Source: Utricularia gibba
Taxonomy: Eukaryota; Plantae; Magnoliophyta
Reading direction: 5' to 3'
Assembly (NCBI GenBank): GCA_002189035.1
Contig: NEEC01000024.1
Coordinates: 558,001 to 622,000 of the forward strand
DNA length: 64,000 nt
A program made the translations under genes and the position numbers. The notes beneath the pieces are model-generated. The model worked only from the letters and a program-made list of their open reading frames with translations, did not search any database and was not told where the DNA came from. This document shows positions 39,816 to 51,048 of the stretch, in pieces (position 1 is the stretch's first letter; each line of letters begins with the position of its first letter).

Positions 39816-42800
39816 TCAGCTCAACCGCAGTGTTTGTAACGCTTCAAAGCTGCAAAGAGATGAAAAACTATGAGCATAAATGAAGATTCGAAGATAGGGA
39901 TATGCTATCTTTACCATCATTCTCCTTGTTTTAAGTTCCAATTTCCTCTTCAGAACAAGCTGGGATAGATGTGGTTTGCCCTCTCTATTTAGCCCCCATA
40001 TGACGCTCCGGAAGTTAATTGTACTGGGACATATCCCATCTTCCAGCATCTCAGAGATGAGCTCGAGTGCCTCTTCTGACCTTCCTGTGTTACACAGGCA
40101 CTCTAGAAACATGGAATAAGTCTTAAAATCCGGTGAGGGGCCATCCTTTTTTAAACGATGGAAAATATTCCAAGCATCTTGCGCCTTCCCCAGCCTTACA
40201 TACCCGCAGATCAGAGCAGAGTAAGTGACTATTGTAGGCTGGCAACCCTGTTTTTTCATTTCAGCAAGGATTTGCAACGCTCTCTGGAGTTCATTCTGCT
40301 TTAGAAAGTGAACTATCAAAGACGTGTACACATGAACTGTCGGGACAATACCGTTCTGTTTCATGGATTCCATCTTCGACAAGGCCTCTTCTAACTGCCC
40401 TCTACGAAGTAAAGCATGTATCAAACTACCATACGTGTATTGCTCCAGGATATCTCTTTCAGGACCAATTTCCTTAGATAAGGCTACAGCATCCTCCAAC
40501 TTCCCAGCACGACAAAGAGCTCTAAAATACAACGAGTAGGAAAGAGGAACAGAGAAACCAAACCTGGGCAACGACTTGATACAACTTCTGGCATCAGAGA
40601 GTTTGTTCATTTCACATAAGCAGGTGACATAAATTTCAAGCACTTTTTTATCAATGTAGCCTTCTTTGACCATTTCCTTGTAGATCTTGATCGCATCATC
40701 TACTTTCCTCCCCTTCTTCCCACAGAGGAGTGTTATAAAATAGTAATATGTGGCTTTGGATGGTTTGCAGCCATCAAGTTTCATCTCATCGAAGGTTCTC
40801 AAAGCAATATCTGTCAACCCCGTTCGAGCATACTGCATTATCATGATTGTCCATGTATCGGATGTTATCGAGCAACCCCGTCTCTTCATCTCATAAAAGA
40901 GGCATCTCATCTTCTTGAAGTCTTTGCCCTTTCCTGCAATCTTAATGGCCAAGTGATATGCTTTTTCGTTATGAGAATAACCAGGCTTATTATCAATCCA
41001 GGAGAAGAACTTCAAGCAATTACCGAGGTTGACTCCACAGTTTTTCATAGCCTCCACCACATCATCTGGTTTGAGCTTGAATGAAAGTTTATCCAGTTTC
41101 CCTTGTATAGAGAACCAATCTGTCGAGGATCTTAAAATTTGAGAAACTTCTTCTACATCATGATAGCTGACGAGTCTTTCCCCAACACACGTACGTTCTG
41201 TTCCATTGCAATCTGAAATTCCTACTTGTTCTAGCTGGTCACAATGTTCTGTTTTTCGTTCATCCGAACATGGAAGGTGAAGGGTGGAGTTTTGTTGTGG
41301 CTTCCTTTCTGCAGCTAACTCACTTCTTCCTCCTTTCTTTGCCAAGTAAGATTCAAAAACCTCGTAGAGCTCATCTCCCATTCTTCCAGTAGTCTGCATT
41401 CCCCTCAAAACTCTGAGAATCTCATCCGGTGATGAATCTTTACTGAGTTCCTCCACAAACATCATATACATTTCTGAAGTTGGTTTTATTCCTTTCTCAT
41501 GTATACTTCTGAAAATTTCCCATGCTTCATCAATTCGATTGTGGTGAACAAAACCTTCAGCAGCATAAGCCGTTGAAACACCATCCAACTGAATACTCAT
41601 TCTTAACATTTCATTGTAGAGAATCATGCCCCTCTGAAAGTCATTCTTCCTGAACAGATTGAGCATCAAGTCCTTAGATATTCCTGCTGATATTATGACA
41701 CCTGAGTCCCTTGCCAACTGAAAAAACCTGAATGCTTCACCCGCCTCATTTCCTTGCAGGTATGCACTTACCAGGACTTCATACGCATCTCGATCAGGTA
41801 CAATGTTCTTTTTTTTCATTATCTCAAGAATCTCCTCTGCGTCTTTCATCATTCCCCGGCTACAGAGTCCTTTCACCAATGTTCCCAGCATTTCACCATC
41901 AAGAACGATTCCCTTATTTTTATAGTCTCGAATCAACTCGAACGATTCCTTGATTCTCCCAGCGTTGCACAAAGTCTTCAACATCAAATCTAGTGCTTGA
42001 GCTTGGGGAATTCCAGAAAGTCTCACCATTTCCCAACCAAGCAACCGAACAGCGGGAACATTGCCAGAATATGCAAGGCATTTCAGTAAGTTTTGATATA
42101 AAGCAACATCAATATCCATCTCATTCTGCGCCATTTCTTTGTAGAACTCCAAAGCCAGTTCAGATTTTCCAGAAGAGCAGAGGGCAAACATCAGTGTTCT
42201 GTACGTAGTTACGTCAGGCTGAATACCGGCTTTCTTCATTCCCTCAAACAATAGTAGGCATTTTCCGGTCATCTTGGCTTTTCCATACTGTGAAACAAGA
42301 TTGTTCCACGTAGTGGCGTCTATTTCAGAATGATTTTCCCTCATTTCATCAGCAACTTTATCAAGTAAACCAAAATCCTTGGCTTCTATGGCTATGGCTA
42401 TCATTTCTTTCGAAGTGTTGGTTGAATGCTGAAAGCTTTTTCTGAGTTTTACCCAGTTGAAAAACCTGTGAGCCTGATGTGGAACCTTGGAGCAATTTTT
42501 CAACACTTTGTGAACAATCTCCTCGTTAAAATGGAGATCGATGCTTTCCAGCATTTCTTCCATCCTTATCAGCCCTTTTTGTGTTGTGATGATGATCTGT
42601 GTCACCTTGTTAATCACGGCATCGACAGATTCAAAGTCACCCTCACTTCCCTTTCCCTCCCTTTTCATATGGACTCCTATTTTTGTATGCCCTGGGTTTT
42701 CATGTTTGATCACAATTGTCTCGCTTTCTGCAGCCTTGCTTTTCGTCGTCTGCCTGTCTCTGTCTGCAGCATTTGCACAAACAGTTGGCGGGTGAACGTT

Positions 42801-43094
42801 CGGAAATGACTCCTCTTTGAAGTTGGGTCCTTGAGATACTGCAAGCCGGCCGGAAGTACTTCTAAAATGCTCATAGCCTACGATATCGAGGATTTCATTA
42901 AAAAGTAGGCCAAGATCTTGCGAGTTGGGTTTCTTCTGGCCGGCGTTCCCACCGCCTTTGTCGGGGTTACCAAGTGATTCCGCTGAGAAGGCTGAAAGGT
43001 AAACCACGTGAACAACTCTGGGCTCGGGAAAACTCAATCTCAGACGACTTTCCTGAAAACATGACTTCACAAATCCACCTTTGAGGTGCCTCAT
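39816..43094 (-). CDS. P-class pentatricopeptide repeat protein, At5g06400-like (probably mitochondrial); 3' end may be spliced
   Basis: Single 1092-aa ORF with two PPR arrays (e.g. TYRTLMFALCSSGKSELALEFYKEM; TWTIMIMQYARTGLTDIALRTFDEMK; VYTSLIVHFLK; PSTINFRSVIWGLNREGK). The architecture matches my recollection of At5g06400. The last 30 or so residues look like intron read-through. Confidence 0.9.
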   Translation of the reverse strand: MRHLKGGFVKSCFQESRLRLSFPEPRVVHVVYLSAFSAESLGNPDKGGGNAGQKKPNSQDLGLLFNEILDIVGYEHFRSTSGRLAVSQGPNFKEESFPNVHPPTVCANAADRDRQTTKSKAAESETIVIKHENPGHTKIGVHMKREGKGSEGDFESVDAVINKVTQIIITTQKGLIRMEEMLESIDLHFNEEIVHKVLKNCSKVPHQAHRFFNWVKLRKSFQHSTNTSKEMIAIAIEAKDFGLLDKVADEMRENHSEIDATTWNNLVSQYGKAKMTGKCLLLFEGMKKAGIQPDVTTYRTLMFALCSSGKSELALEFYKEMAQNEMDIDVALYQNLLKCLAYSGNVPAVRLLGWEMVRLSGIPQAQALDLMLKTLCNAGRIKESFELIRDYKNKGIVLDGEMLGTLVKGLCSRGMMKDAEEILEIMKKKNIVPDRDAYEVLVSAYLQGNEAGEAFRFFQLARDSGVIISAGISKDLMLNLFRKNDFQRGMILYNEMLRMSIQLDGVSTAYAAEGFVHHNRIDEAWEIFRSIHEKGIKPTSEMYMMFVEELSKDSSPDEILRVLRGMQTTGRMGDELYEVFESYLAKKGGRSELAAERKPQQNSTLHLPCSDERKTEHCDQLEQVGISDCNGTERTCVGERLVSYHDVEEVSQILRSSTDWFSIQGKLDKLSFKLKPDDVVEAMKNCGVNLGNCLKFFSWIDNKPGYSHNEKAYHLAIKIAGKGKDFKKMRCLFYEMKRRGCSITSDTWTIMIMQYARTGLTDIALRTFDEMKLDGCKPSKATYYYFITLLCGKKGRKVDDAIKIYKEMVKEGYIDKKVLEIYVTCLCEMNKLSDARSCIKSLPRFGFSVPLSYSLYFRALCRAGKLEDAVALSKEIGPERDILEQYTYGSLIHALLRRGQLEEALSKMESMKQNGIVPTVHVYTSLIVHFLKQNELQRALQILAEMKKQGCQPTIVTYSALICGYVRLGKAQDAWNIFHRLKKDGPSPDFKTYSMFLECLCNTGRSEEALELISEMLEDGICPSTINFRSVIWGLNREGKPHLSQLVLKRKLELKTRRMMVKIAYPYLRIFIYAHSFSSLCSFEALQTLRLS

Positions 43095-43613
43095 CCCTCA
43101 ATTCACAGGAGTCCCGGGCGGTGAATTCACTGAGCCACATTCAGTCAACGATATGTGAGAACTTGGACGCGCGAGGGAGATGGAATCTTCAAAGAAGAAG
43201 TTTCAGAAGAAATTCAAGGTCGTGAAGCTTGAATCTCGGCTGGGTTTCGCAATTCCCTGTCAGTCAGCGCCTTGAGGTTTTTATCGCTTCCTACTCTCCG
43301 CTATGTATACAAGAAAAGTTCTTGAATGCTGCGCTTTTTGAGGTTGTTAATATTGTTATCTTATTTATATATTTTTTATAATTTATTTTTATTAAAATCT
43401 TTTGTTGACAATTCATCTTTTTTTACAATACTTCAGTTTTACATTATCATTGATAATTTACTTTACGTACTTACTTTTTAATAATTTAACTTTATATTTT
43501 ATTAATATTTTAATTTAAGTATTCATTTTAATATCTTAAATATCTAGTTTCATTCATAATTTAACTTACTCAAAAATAGTTTTCTTTAAATTTAATGAAT
43601 TATATCAATATAT

Positions 43614-44071
43614 TGAGGGTGAATCTGCAAGTGCACAAACACCGTCGACATAATAAAATAAGATTATATCTACAAAGAATTGTTATTGAAATTTTCTTTT
43701 TAAACAAATACTCAAAAAGATAAACAAAAGAAAGATTTGGGTTTAAAAACAATAATAAAAATGGCCTTGGATCTAAGATCCACCTTGCTCAAAACTCGTC
43801 CATACGTGTATGCAAACCTTGAAAGCTGATTTGCTTGCGCAAACTTTGAGGATATTATTCTAAAATAGTGCTTCTCAATGATCATTATAATACTGTCCAT
43901 TGTTTTGTGGAATTATGGAATCAACCACACCACCAAAGCCACTTCACCTCTTGCGATAACCTATGTTTTACCCACACTCAAATCTTACCCTTACATCTCT
44001 CACCTCGCAGACAGATTAGACAAAATGTGTCTTACCAACGATGTCCGATTGCACCCTTCTCCTTAGATGCT
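43614..44071 (-). repeat. Partial Athila-family LTR
   Basis: TGAGGGTGAATCTGCAAGTGCAC..CCCTTCTCCTTAGATGC aligns with 10406-10870 and then breaks off. Confidence 0.85.
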
Positions 44072-44830
44072 TGATGAGATCATGGATGTTACAGATAATC
44101 ACAATGAATATAAAGGATAGAAGATCAATAATCCTCCATTGATTCCAGTTGGGCCAATCACTAGATCAAGAGCAAGAAAGAATCAAAAAGTACTTAAGGG
44201 GCTATAGAATTCAACAAATCCACGAGGTGTTTGGCATAGAATTCAACCTTCTCGAAGTAGAACAACTTGAGTAGAGGAGGCCCATTACTCCTAAATACAT
44301 TATTAATACTTTTCTTTCGAATAAGCCCAATCTTTCATCTATATAAGAAGAGCTTTACTCTTGTTTAGAAGAGCTTTACTCTTCTTTTAGTTCTTGTAGA
44401 ACTTTACACTTATCAAACCATGCTTGTGGTGTCTAGTGTGTGGTTTATTACTCCAAATTCTTTTCTTGATTCTGTGAGTGTGATATCATTTCATAGTTTG
44501 GGTTGCATGGATTTTAAATCATTGAAGGCCAACTTCTTTTTCTTGAAGGATTGCTTCTTTTGAACCAAAATCTAGTCTGCCAATCACTTGTTGATTGTAG
44601 GGTCATATTAGGTGGCATTTATCTATCTTGATTTGTTTATCTTATCTTTTAGTTATCTCTTCTTCTGAAAAGAAAAACCAAGGGGGGTTCCTTATATTTG
44701 TTTGTCCCATCCTATTCTTCTGGATTGCTGCAAAATGAAAAAAAAAATGTGTTGAAGGGAGAAAGAAGGTTAGCAACTTGAATCCATTGAATTTTCTACT
44801 TCCCAAACAAAAGAAGAGTAAAAAAAAAGG
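44072..44830 (+). mobile_element. CRM-like LTR fragment with downstream remnant (right boundary approximate)
   Basis: Starts TGATGAG. Contains GTTGGGCCAATCACTAGATCAAGAGC (GPITRSRA-like motif typical of CRM LTRs) and a probable LTR end near 44610. Confidence 0.5.
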
Positions 44831-47800
44831 CTAGCAATGCTGGCATAATAAATCACATGAATTACCTTGTCTTTTTTCTATCCAAGAACAGCTCCTACAG
44901 TACAATCACTAGCATTACACATCAGCTCAAATGGCAAGATCCAATCTGGTGGTTGAAGGATGGGTGCAGTAACAAGAGCTTGCTTCAGCATGTTGAAGGC
45001 GTGCACACATTCTACATCAAAACAAAATTCTGCGACTTGCACAAGCAATGTTGTTTGTGGGCGAGAAATGTGAGAAAAATTGGCAATAAATCTCCTATAA
45101 AATTCCGCATTCCCCAATAAGCTTCTGATCCCTTTTACCATAGTTGGTGTTGGTAATTTTTCAATCACCTCAATTTTTTCTGGATCCACTTGAATCCCTT
45201 TGGATGAAATGTGGTTTCCAAGTACAATGCCTTCTTCAACCATAAAATGACACTTCTCCCAATTGAGTACCAAGTTGCACTCAATACACCTCTCCAAAAT
45301 GATGCCCAAGTTCTGCAAACATGAATCGAAATCAGTCCCATAAACAGATATATCATCCATAAATACCTCCATGATCTTTTCCACATGTTCTGAAAAAATG
45401 GCTGTCATGCAACGCAGAAAAGTTCCAGGAGCATTGCACAAACCGAAGGGCATTTTCTTGTATGCAAAGGTGCCAAAAGGACAAGTAAATCTGGTCTTGT
45501 GTTGATCTTCCGGATGTATTGGAATCTGCAAAAATCCGGAATAACAATCAAGATAACAATAGAAAGCTTGGTTACTTAACCTTTCCAGAATTTGTTCAAT
45601 AAATGGTAATGGGTAATGATCCTTTCTGGTGGCATCATTGAGTTTCCGAAAATCAATACGCATCCTCCATCCAGTGACCTTGCACAAGAGGATGAGGTCT
45701 CCCTTCTCGTTTTGTGTCACTATCATGCCTCCTTTCTTTGGTATGCAATACACTGGGCTAACCCATTGGCTATCTGAAATAGAATAGATGATATCAGCAT
45801 CTAACAATTTCAAAATTTCATTTTTAATCACCTCCTTTAGCATAGGATTCGCCCGCCTTTGTGGTTGCGAATTGGTCTTGCCTCAGCCTCCAAATAAATC
45901 CGATGGGTGCAGAATTGAGGGTCAAGCCCTTTCAAGTCATCTAAGGGGTACCAATGGCTTGTCGGTGCTTGTGCAAGACATCCAGCAGGAATTGGGTGTG
46001 GTAGTCATTCAATTCTGCATTAACAACCACTGTCAATTTCCTTGCTCTAACATTAATTAAGGGTGGTTGCCATAAAGGGTCTCCCAAAAATGATTGGCAC
46101 CTCCACATCAAGTGCCATATCCAAAACAACAAAATCACAAGGAACAAAATATTTTCTAATTTTTACCGGTACGCTTTCTAACACTCCTTCGGGATTCTTC
46201 ATGGATTTATCAGCAAATACCAGCTGAATTTTCGTGGTTCTCACCTCCTCAAGATTAAGTGCTTTGAATTAAGAATAAGGCATCAAGCTGATACTTGACC
46301 CATGATCATATAAGCACTTCTCAAAATTGCTTCTTCCAATGACACAAGGGATTGAAAAAATTCCAAGATCTAAATGCTTTTGAATCAGTCCATGTGTTAG
46401 AACCGTACTACATTGCTTGGATAATTCAATAACAGCACCATTCTCAATCTTCCTTCAATTGGCCAAAATATCCTTTAAGAATTTTGCATAAGTGGACATT
46501 TGCAACATCACATCAGTGAATGGGATGTTGACATGAAGCGTTTTCAGCATCTTCAGAAACTTGGAATATTGTTCATCCACTAATGATTTGGCTTGTCTCT
46601 ATGGATAAGGAACTGGAAGATTATAGGAAGGTGGAGATACGTACACTGGAACATCCAACAACTCGTCTGCTTGCGCAGGGGGGTGCTATTGTTGTACTTT
46701 TGATAACACGTATTTTTGAGTGATTAAGTACATGGAAATTATTCATATTGTGCTACAAAATAATCAAGTTTTACTGTCTAGCTCTATATTTTTGCAAATA
46801 CTACCATAGTTATGTTATTTTAGTCTTAATTTAGTCCCAACCTTCTAATAGTTTGCTTTGAGCAATGCAGCACAGGTCGTAACACAAATCCCAAGGAGCC
46901 GGATATGAACAGTGTAGTGGCAGAGGATGAGGCAGAAGTTTGAAAAGTAGTACACACAAAATCCAAGGAAGGAAAAAGTAGGATTTTGGACAAAAAAGGG
47001 GGACAAGATGGAGAGAGAAAATATCTCCCCCATTGGAGACACACGACACATTCTTTCTAGAGAAGGTTTATGGGGGGGAAGAAGGAGGAAGACGAACTAG
47101 GAACGAAGCTGATGTTTGAAGACCATTTTCTGTTTCCAAAGAATATTACTCTTAGCTAAGAGTAGCTAGCGACATTTTCTAGTTTTCTGTTGACGTTTTA
47201 AATTCCTTGCTTGTTTACTTTCAGCTATTCGACTGTGAGATTACAATGTGGATGATGTTTTCTTTTCTATTTTCATTTACCTTAAGCATGAGAGGCTAAG
47301 CATTTAGGGGTGCGTTGGGGTGAAAAGGGAGATTTGTGCTAGTCAATCTTTAGACCCAATCAGCAATAAGTCACACCACTTCCTTAACAAACCAGGATGG
47401 ATCCAGGAGGGGGAAGTAGTGAAACCCATATTAACAATCCTAATTAGAGGTAGACCAAAGATTAGGGGGAAAACAAGAGTCCAGGTAGACCTAGACCTTG
47501 TGTGTTAAGTGTTTAATTTATGATTTATGTGAGCGTGTTTAGTGATAAGCATACATCCCCTAGGAATCCCAAGGCATCACCCATTTCATCTTAGAAATAA
47601 CCAAGTTCCAAAGCTTGTTACTTTTCTTCACTATATTCCATTGTAGTTCTACCTTAGTCTTAGTTAAGACCAAATCTACCAACGTAACATTGATTGCATG
47701 CATTGACAATCACATGGCAAGCACCTACTCTTCGTGTTCAACCCTAATCATTATGCTCATAATTTTATTATGTTTGAATGTGTGTTAGGTTATAAATTTA

Positions 47801-50800
47801 TTTGATAGGGGAAAATTGCAATTTAATGACGTTGCAAATTTTTCATTTATCAACTTTGCATCCCACTCCTCATTGCCACAGCTTTGCATTCAGCAGGATT
47901 TTTTTATGGTTGACTTGGGAGTCTCGAAGTCTTGTGGGTTTAGCAACATTATACATTCGACTGTCCAAGATGCGGGTCGTTAGAACAAAATTTCTTGCTC
48001 CAGACGCTCATTCATTTCATTCACCTTTGTCTTTTGGTCTGAAATTTCTCCTTTCATTTGTTTGAGTTGCTCCATCACTTCCTTATTCATTCGTTCTTAC
48101 TTTTCAATGAATTGCCCTAGCATATCTCGTAAGAATGGGCGTTGGGGCTGCTGCTGGTTCTGATTCTGGTTCTGCCAAGTGTTGCCCCGATTTCCTCAGT
48201 TGTTCCCTTGGGCATGCATAGAAGCTCCTTGTGCAAGTTTTCCCTGAAAATTCACAAAGTTGACATTCGTAGCTTCCTCTTCTACCTCACTCTCTGTCTT
48301 CTCTAAGGTTGCTTGAACTTGAGCAATGACAAGCTGGAGTTTGCTGATTTTATCGTCTAATTTTTGCAATGTGTCAGAAATCTCTGAGACGGTTGTGTCA
48401 CGTGTGTTGTCCCGAACTCCAGTTTTCGAATGCCTTGCTAGTTGAGACCATCGTGCCTTTCGTTTTGCAAACTTATCAATTAGTTTCCAGGCTCTCCTAG
48501 GACATACCTAATCCAGGGGTCCAACACCCGCATTAAGTAGTCCCTTTGCTTGCGCAGTCAGCCCATCATGAAAGCACATGATCATAGCAGTGGGGCTGAG
48601 TCCATGCTTATCTGTGACACGTGTAATTTCCTTAAATCTCTCCCAAGCTACTGCTATTCCTTCTCCTTCATCCTGTGAAAAATTGGTGATCTCAAACTTG
48701 GTGTTAGAGTACTTTGTGGGTTCAAACTATTTCTCCAAAATTGCATCCTCCAACTCTTCCCAAGTGTAAATAGAGTTGGGTGTCAAAGAGTCTAACCATC
48801 TCCTTGCTGATCCTCATAATAAAAATTTAAATAAACGTAACCTAATCGCGTCGTCGGAGACTCCTCGTTCCACCACCATGTCACAATACCTGAGAAAAAT
48901 TGCAATGTGTTCTTCGAGAATCTCACCGGGTTCTCCACGAAATGGGCTTTGTTGCACCATGGTGATCAACGAAGGTTGGAGTTGGAATCTCCACACGTTG
49001 ATAGCTAGTGCAGCAATTGGACCAGGCTTCCTTGTGTGTTGAAAATTATCACCTAAAGGGACTTCATCCCAAGGATCAGCAGCAAATCTGTTAGCATTCT
49101 GCTCCCTGCGCACGTACCTGTCTCTTCCTGTGCGATGTTTTCTCGCTTGTGCAGGTGGTTCCCTGCATACTGGTTCTGTTCCTTCCTCTTCGCTAGATGC
49201 TTCTTCCGCATGCACATTCCTCCTGGGCATTTGCCTCTATCTTCCATGATTCTCTCTTTCAGGATTTCCTATGAATTCATACCTCTCCTCGTGATGAGGA
49301 TTTCGGTTGTCATGTCAGTTTGCTCCATTGTATCCCCAACGATCTTCTCCTTCCCACCTTGGAGGAGAGTTCACCCCTCGCCTTTGCGTTCATGGGTTGT
49401 TGTTCCGCTCATCATGATGTTGAGGTTCAAAAGCCCTGTTTTCTTGCCATCTTTGCGCAAACGTTGATTGCAATTTGTTCTCATTTGCTCCTACATGCCT
49501 GGGCCTTCCTGGACCATGTTCCAGCGCCCTATTGGTTCGTCCTAGGTCTCATAATGCATCTGTGGGCCCTTCTTGGTGAGGTTCCACACCTCGATTCGAT
49601 CCCAATCTTGCTGCTGTTCGTTCTCGTGTAAACTCTTGATCAGATCCGTTGCTACGCCTTCGATATGACCCTTTACGATTAGTAGAAGATTTTCCTATTC
49701 CTATTCTATCATTTGTTAGGAAGGCTTATCCAGTTGCCTTGTTTGGCTGGTGTCTTGGTGTCCGTTCCCGTTCGCTATTTGGTTCGGACATCACCAAATA
49801 GTCCTCCTCACGTCTAGAGTGCCTTCTAGACATGGTTTCCCTGTGTTGCGCTTGCGCTTGAAAATTTTCCAACCAAATTCTCTGACAGGTCCGATCTATT
49901 TCCAGGTCCAACGGATACAGCTCAGTTGAAGCCATGTGCCTGCGCATGCAACACTAATTAAAAGCAACAGCTTACGCAAGTGCGCTAAGCAGAATGTCTC
50001 AAAAATAAGAGAAAGATAAGAAATGAAATCAGATAAGAAATTCCGAAGGAATACAATTCCCTGACAATGGTGCCAAAAACTTGATGGTGAATCTGAGTGT
50101 GCATAGAAACCGTCGAAGAAATAAAATAAGATCGTATCATTAGGGAATTGTCATTGGAATTTTCTTTTCAAACAAAGACTCAAAAAGACTAAAAACAATA
50201 AGAAAAGAGACCTTGGATCTAAGATCTACCTTGCGCAAGCTTTGGGGGTGCTATTCTAAAATAGTGCTACTCGGTGACCGTTATAGCACCATCCCTTGTT
50301 TTGTGGGATTATGGAGTCAACCACGCCACCAAAGTCATTTCACCTCTTGTGATAACCCATGTTTTCCCCACACCCAAATCTAACCCCTACACCTCTCACC
50401 TCGCAGACAGATTAGACAGAATATGCCTTACAAATAATGTCCGATTGGGCCCTTCTCCTTCGGTGCATGAGGCCAATCTTTAATTCTCCCACACTCCCTA
50501 AGGGTTATATGGTACTAAGAATCATGTTGGTAAAGAAAACGTTGCGAAAAATAGAATCAAATCTCAAATGAAATCTCAAAAAACATAGTAAGACCAAGTC
50601 TTTTCCTTCATTAAGGTCAACTCGAAAATCCTCCAAATTATTCCAAAATTGTCCTTTAAAATCACAAAAACATCTTCCCTCCAAAAAGATCAAAGTAGTA
50701 TGAAAGATATAAAATTCTTCTAAAAACATAGGGAAAATGAGATAAAAAGAATGCAAAACCTATCTGAGTGAGTCCTAAAAGGCACAAATATAAGTGACAC

Positions 50801-50814
50801 AAAATCACTTATCA
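44830..50814 (-). mobile_element. Athila-type Ty3/Gypsy, copy 2 (5' LTR, gag, protease, RT; integrase lost)
   Basis: Colinear homolog of about 6100-11594. RT ORF at 44878-45843. Degenerate PBS TGGCACCATTGTCAGGGA near 50058-50075. LTR at 50082-50814 is internally shortened (733 bp). A deletion of about 0.3 kb follows the protease. Confidence 0.92.
46701..47852 (+). repeat. Solo LTR (1152 bp) of the second Athila-like family, inserted into Athila copy 2
   Basis: TGATAAC..TTTATCA termini with a perfect TSD ACTTT (46696-46700 and 47853-47857). The flanks rejoin to match 8260-8280 of copy 1. Confidence 0.92.
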
Positions 50815-51048
50815 ACTTACCAGAATCAGTAGAGATGGGCAGAGATGGGAAAGAGGTTTCCCAGAAGGTGGTGGACGTGTGCAAGAAGTAGGGGTTGTTC
50901 TAGGTCGAAGATGATGGGGTTCATTTGAAGTTGATGTGCTGTTACACTTCCCATGAGTGGGAAGAAGGGTGGATTCATCGTCTCTAGTCACCTCAAGGTA
51001 CTCGAACTGTTCAATAGGAATGAACATTCAAGATTATTTTTTAACAAT

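Noticed and set aside
44830-50814. Athila copy 2 as a local segmental duplication of copy 1
   Set aside because: The flanks are unrelated and most stops, deletions and insertions are private to each copy, which favours independent insertions.
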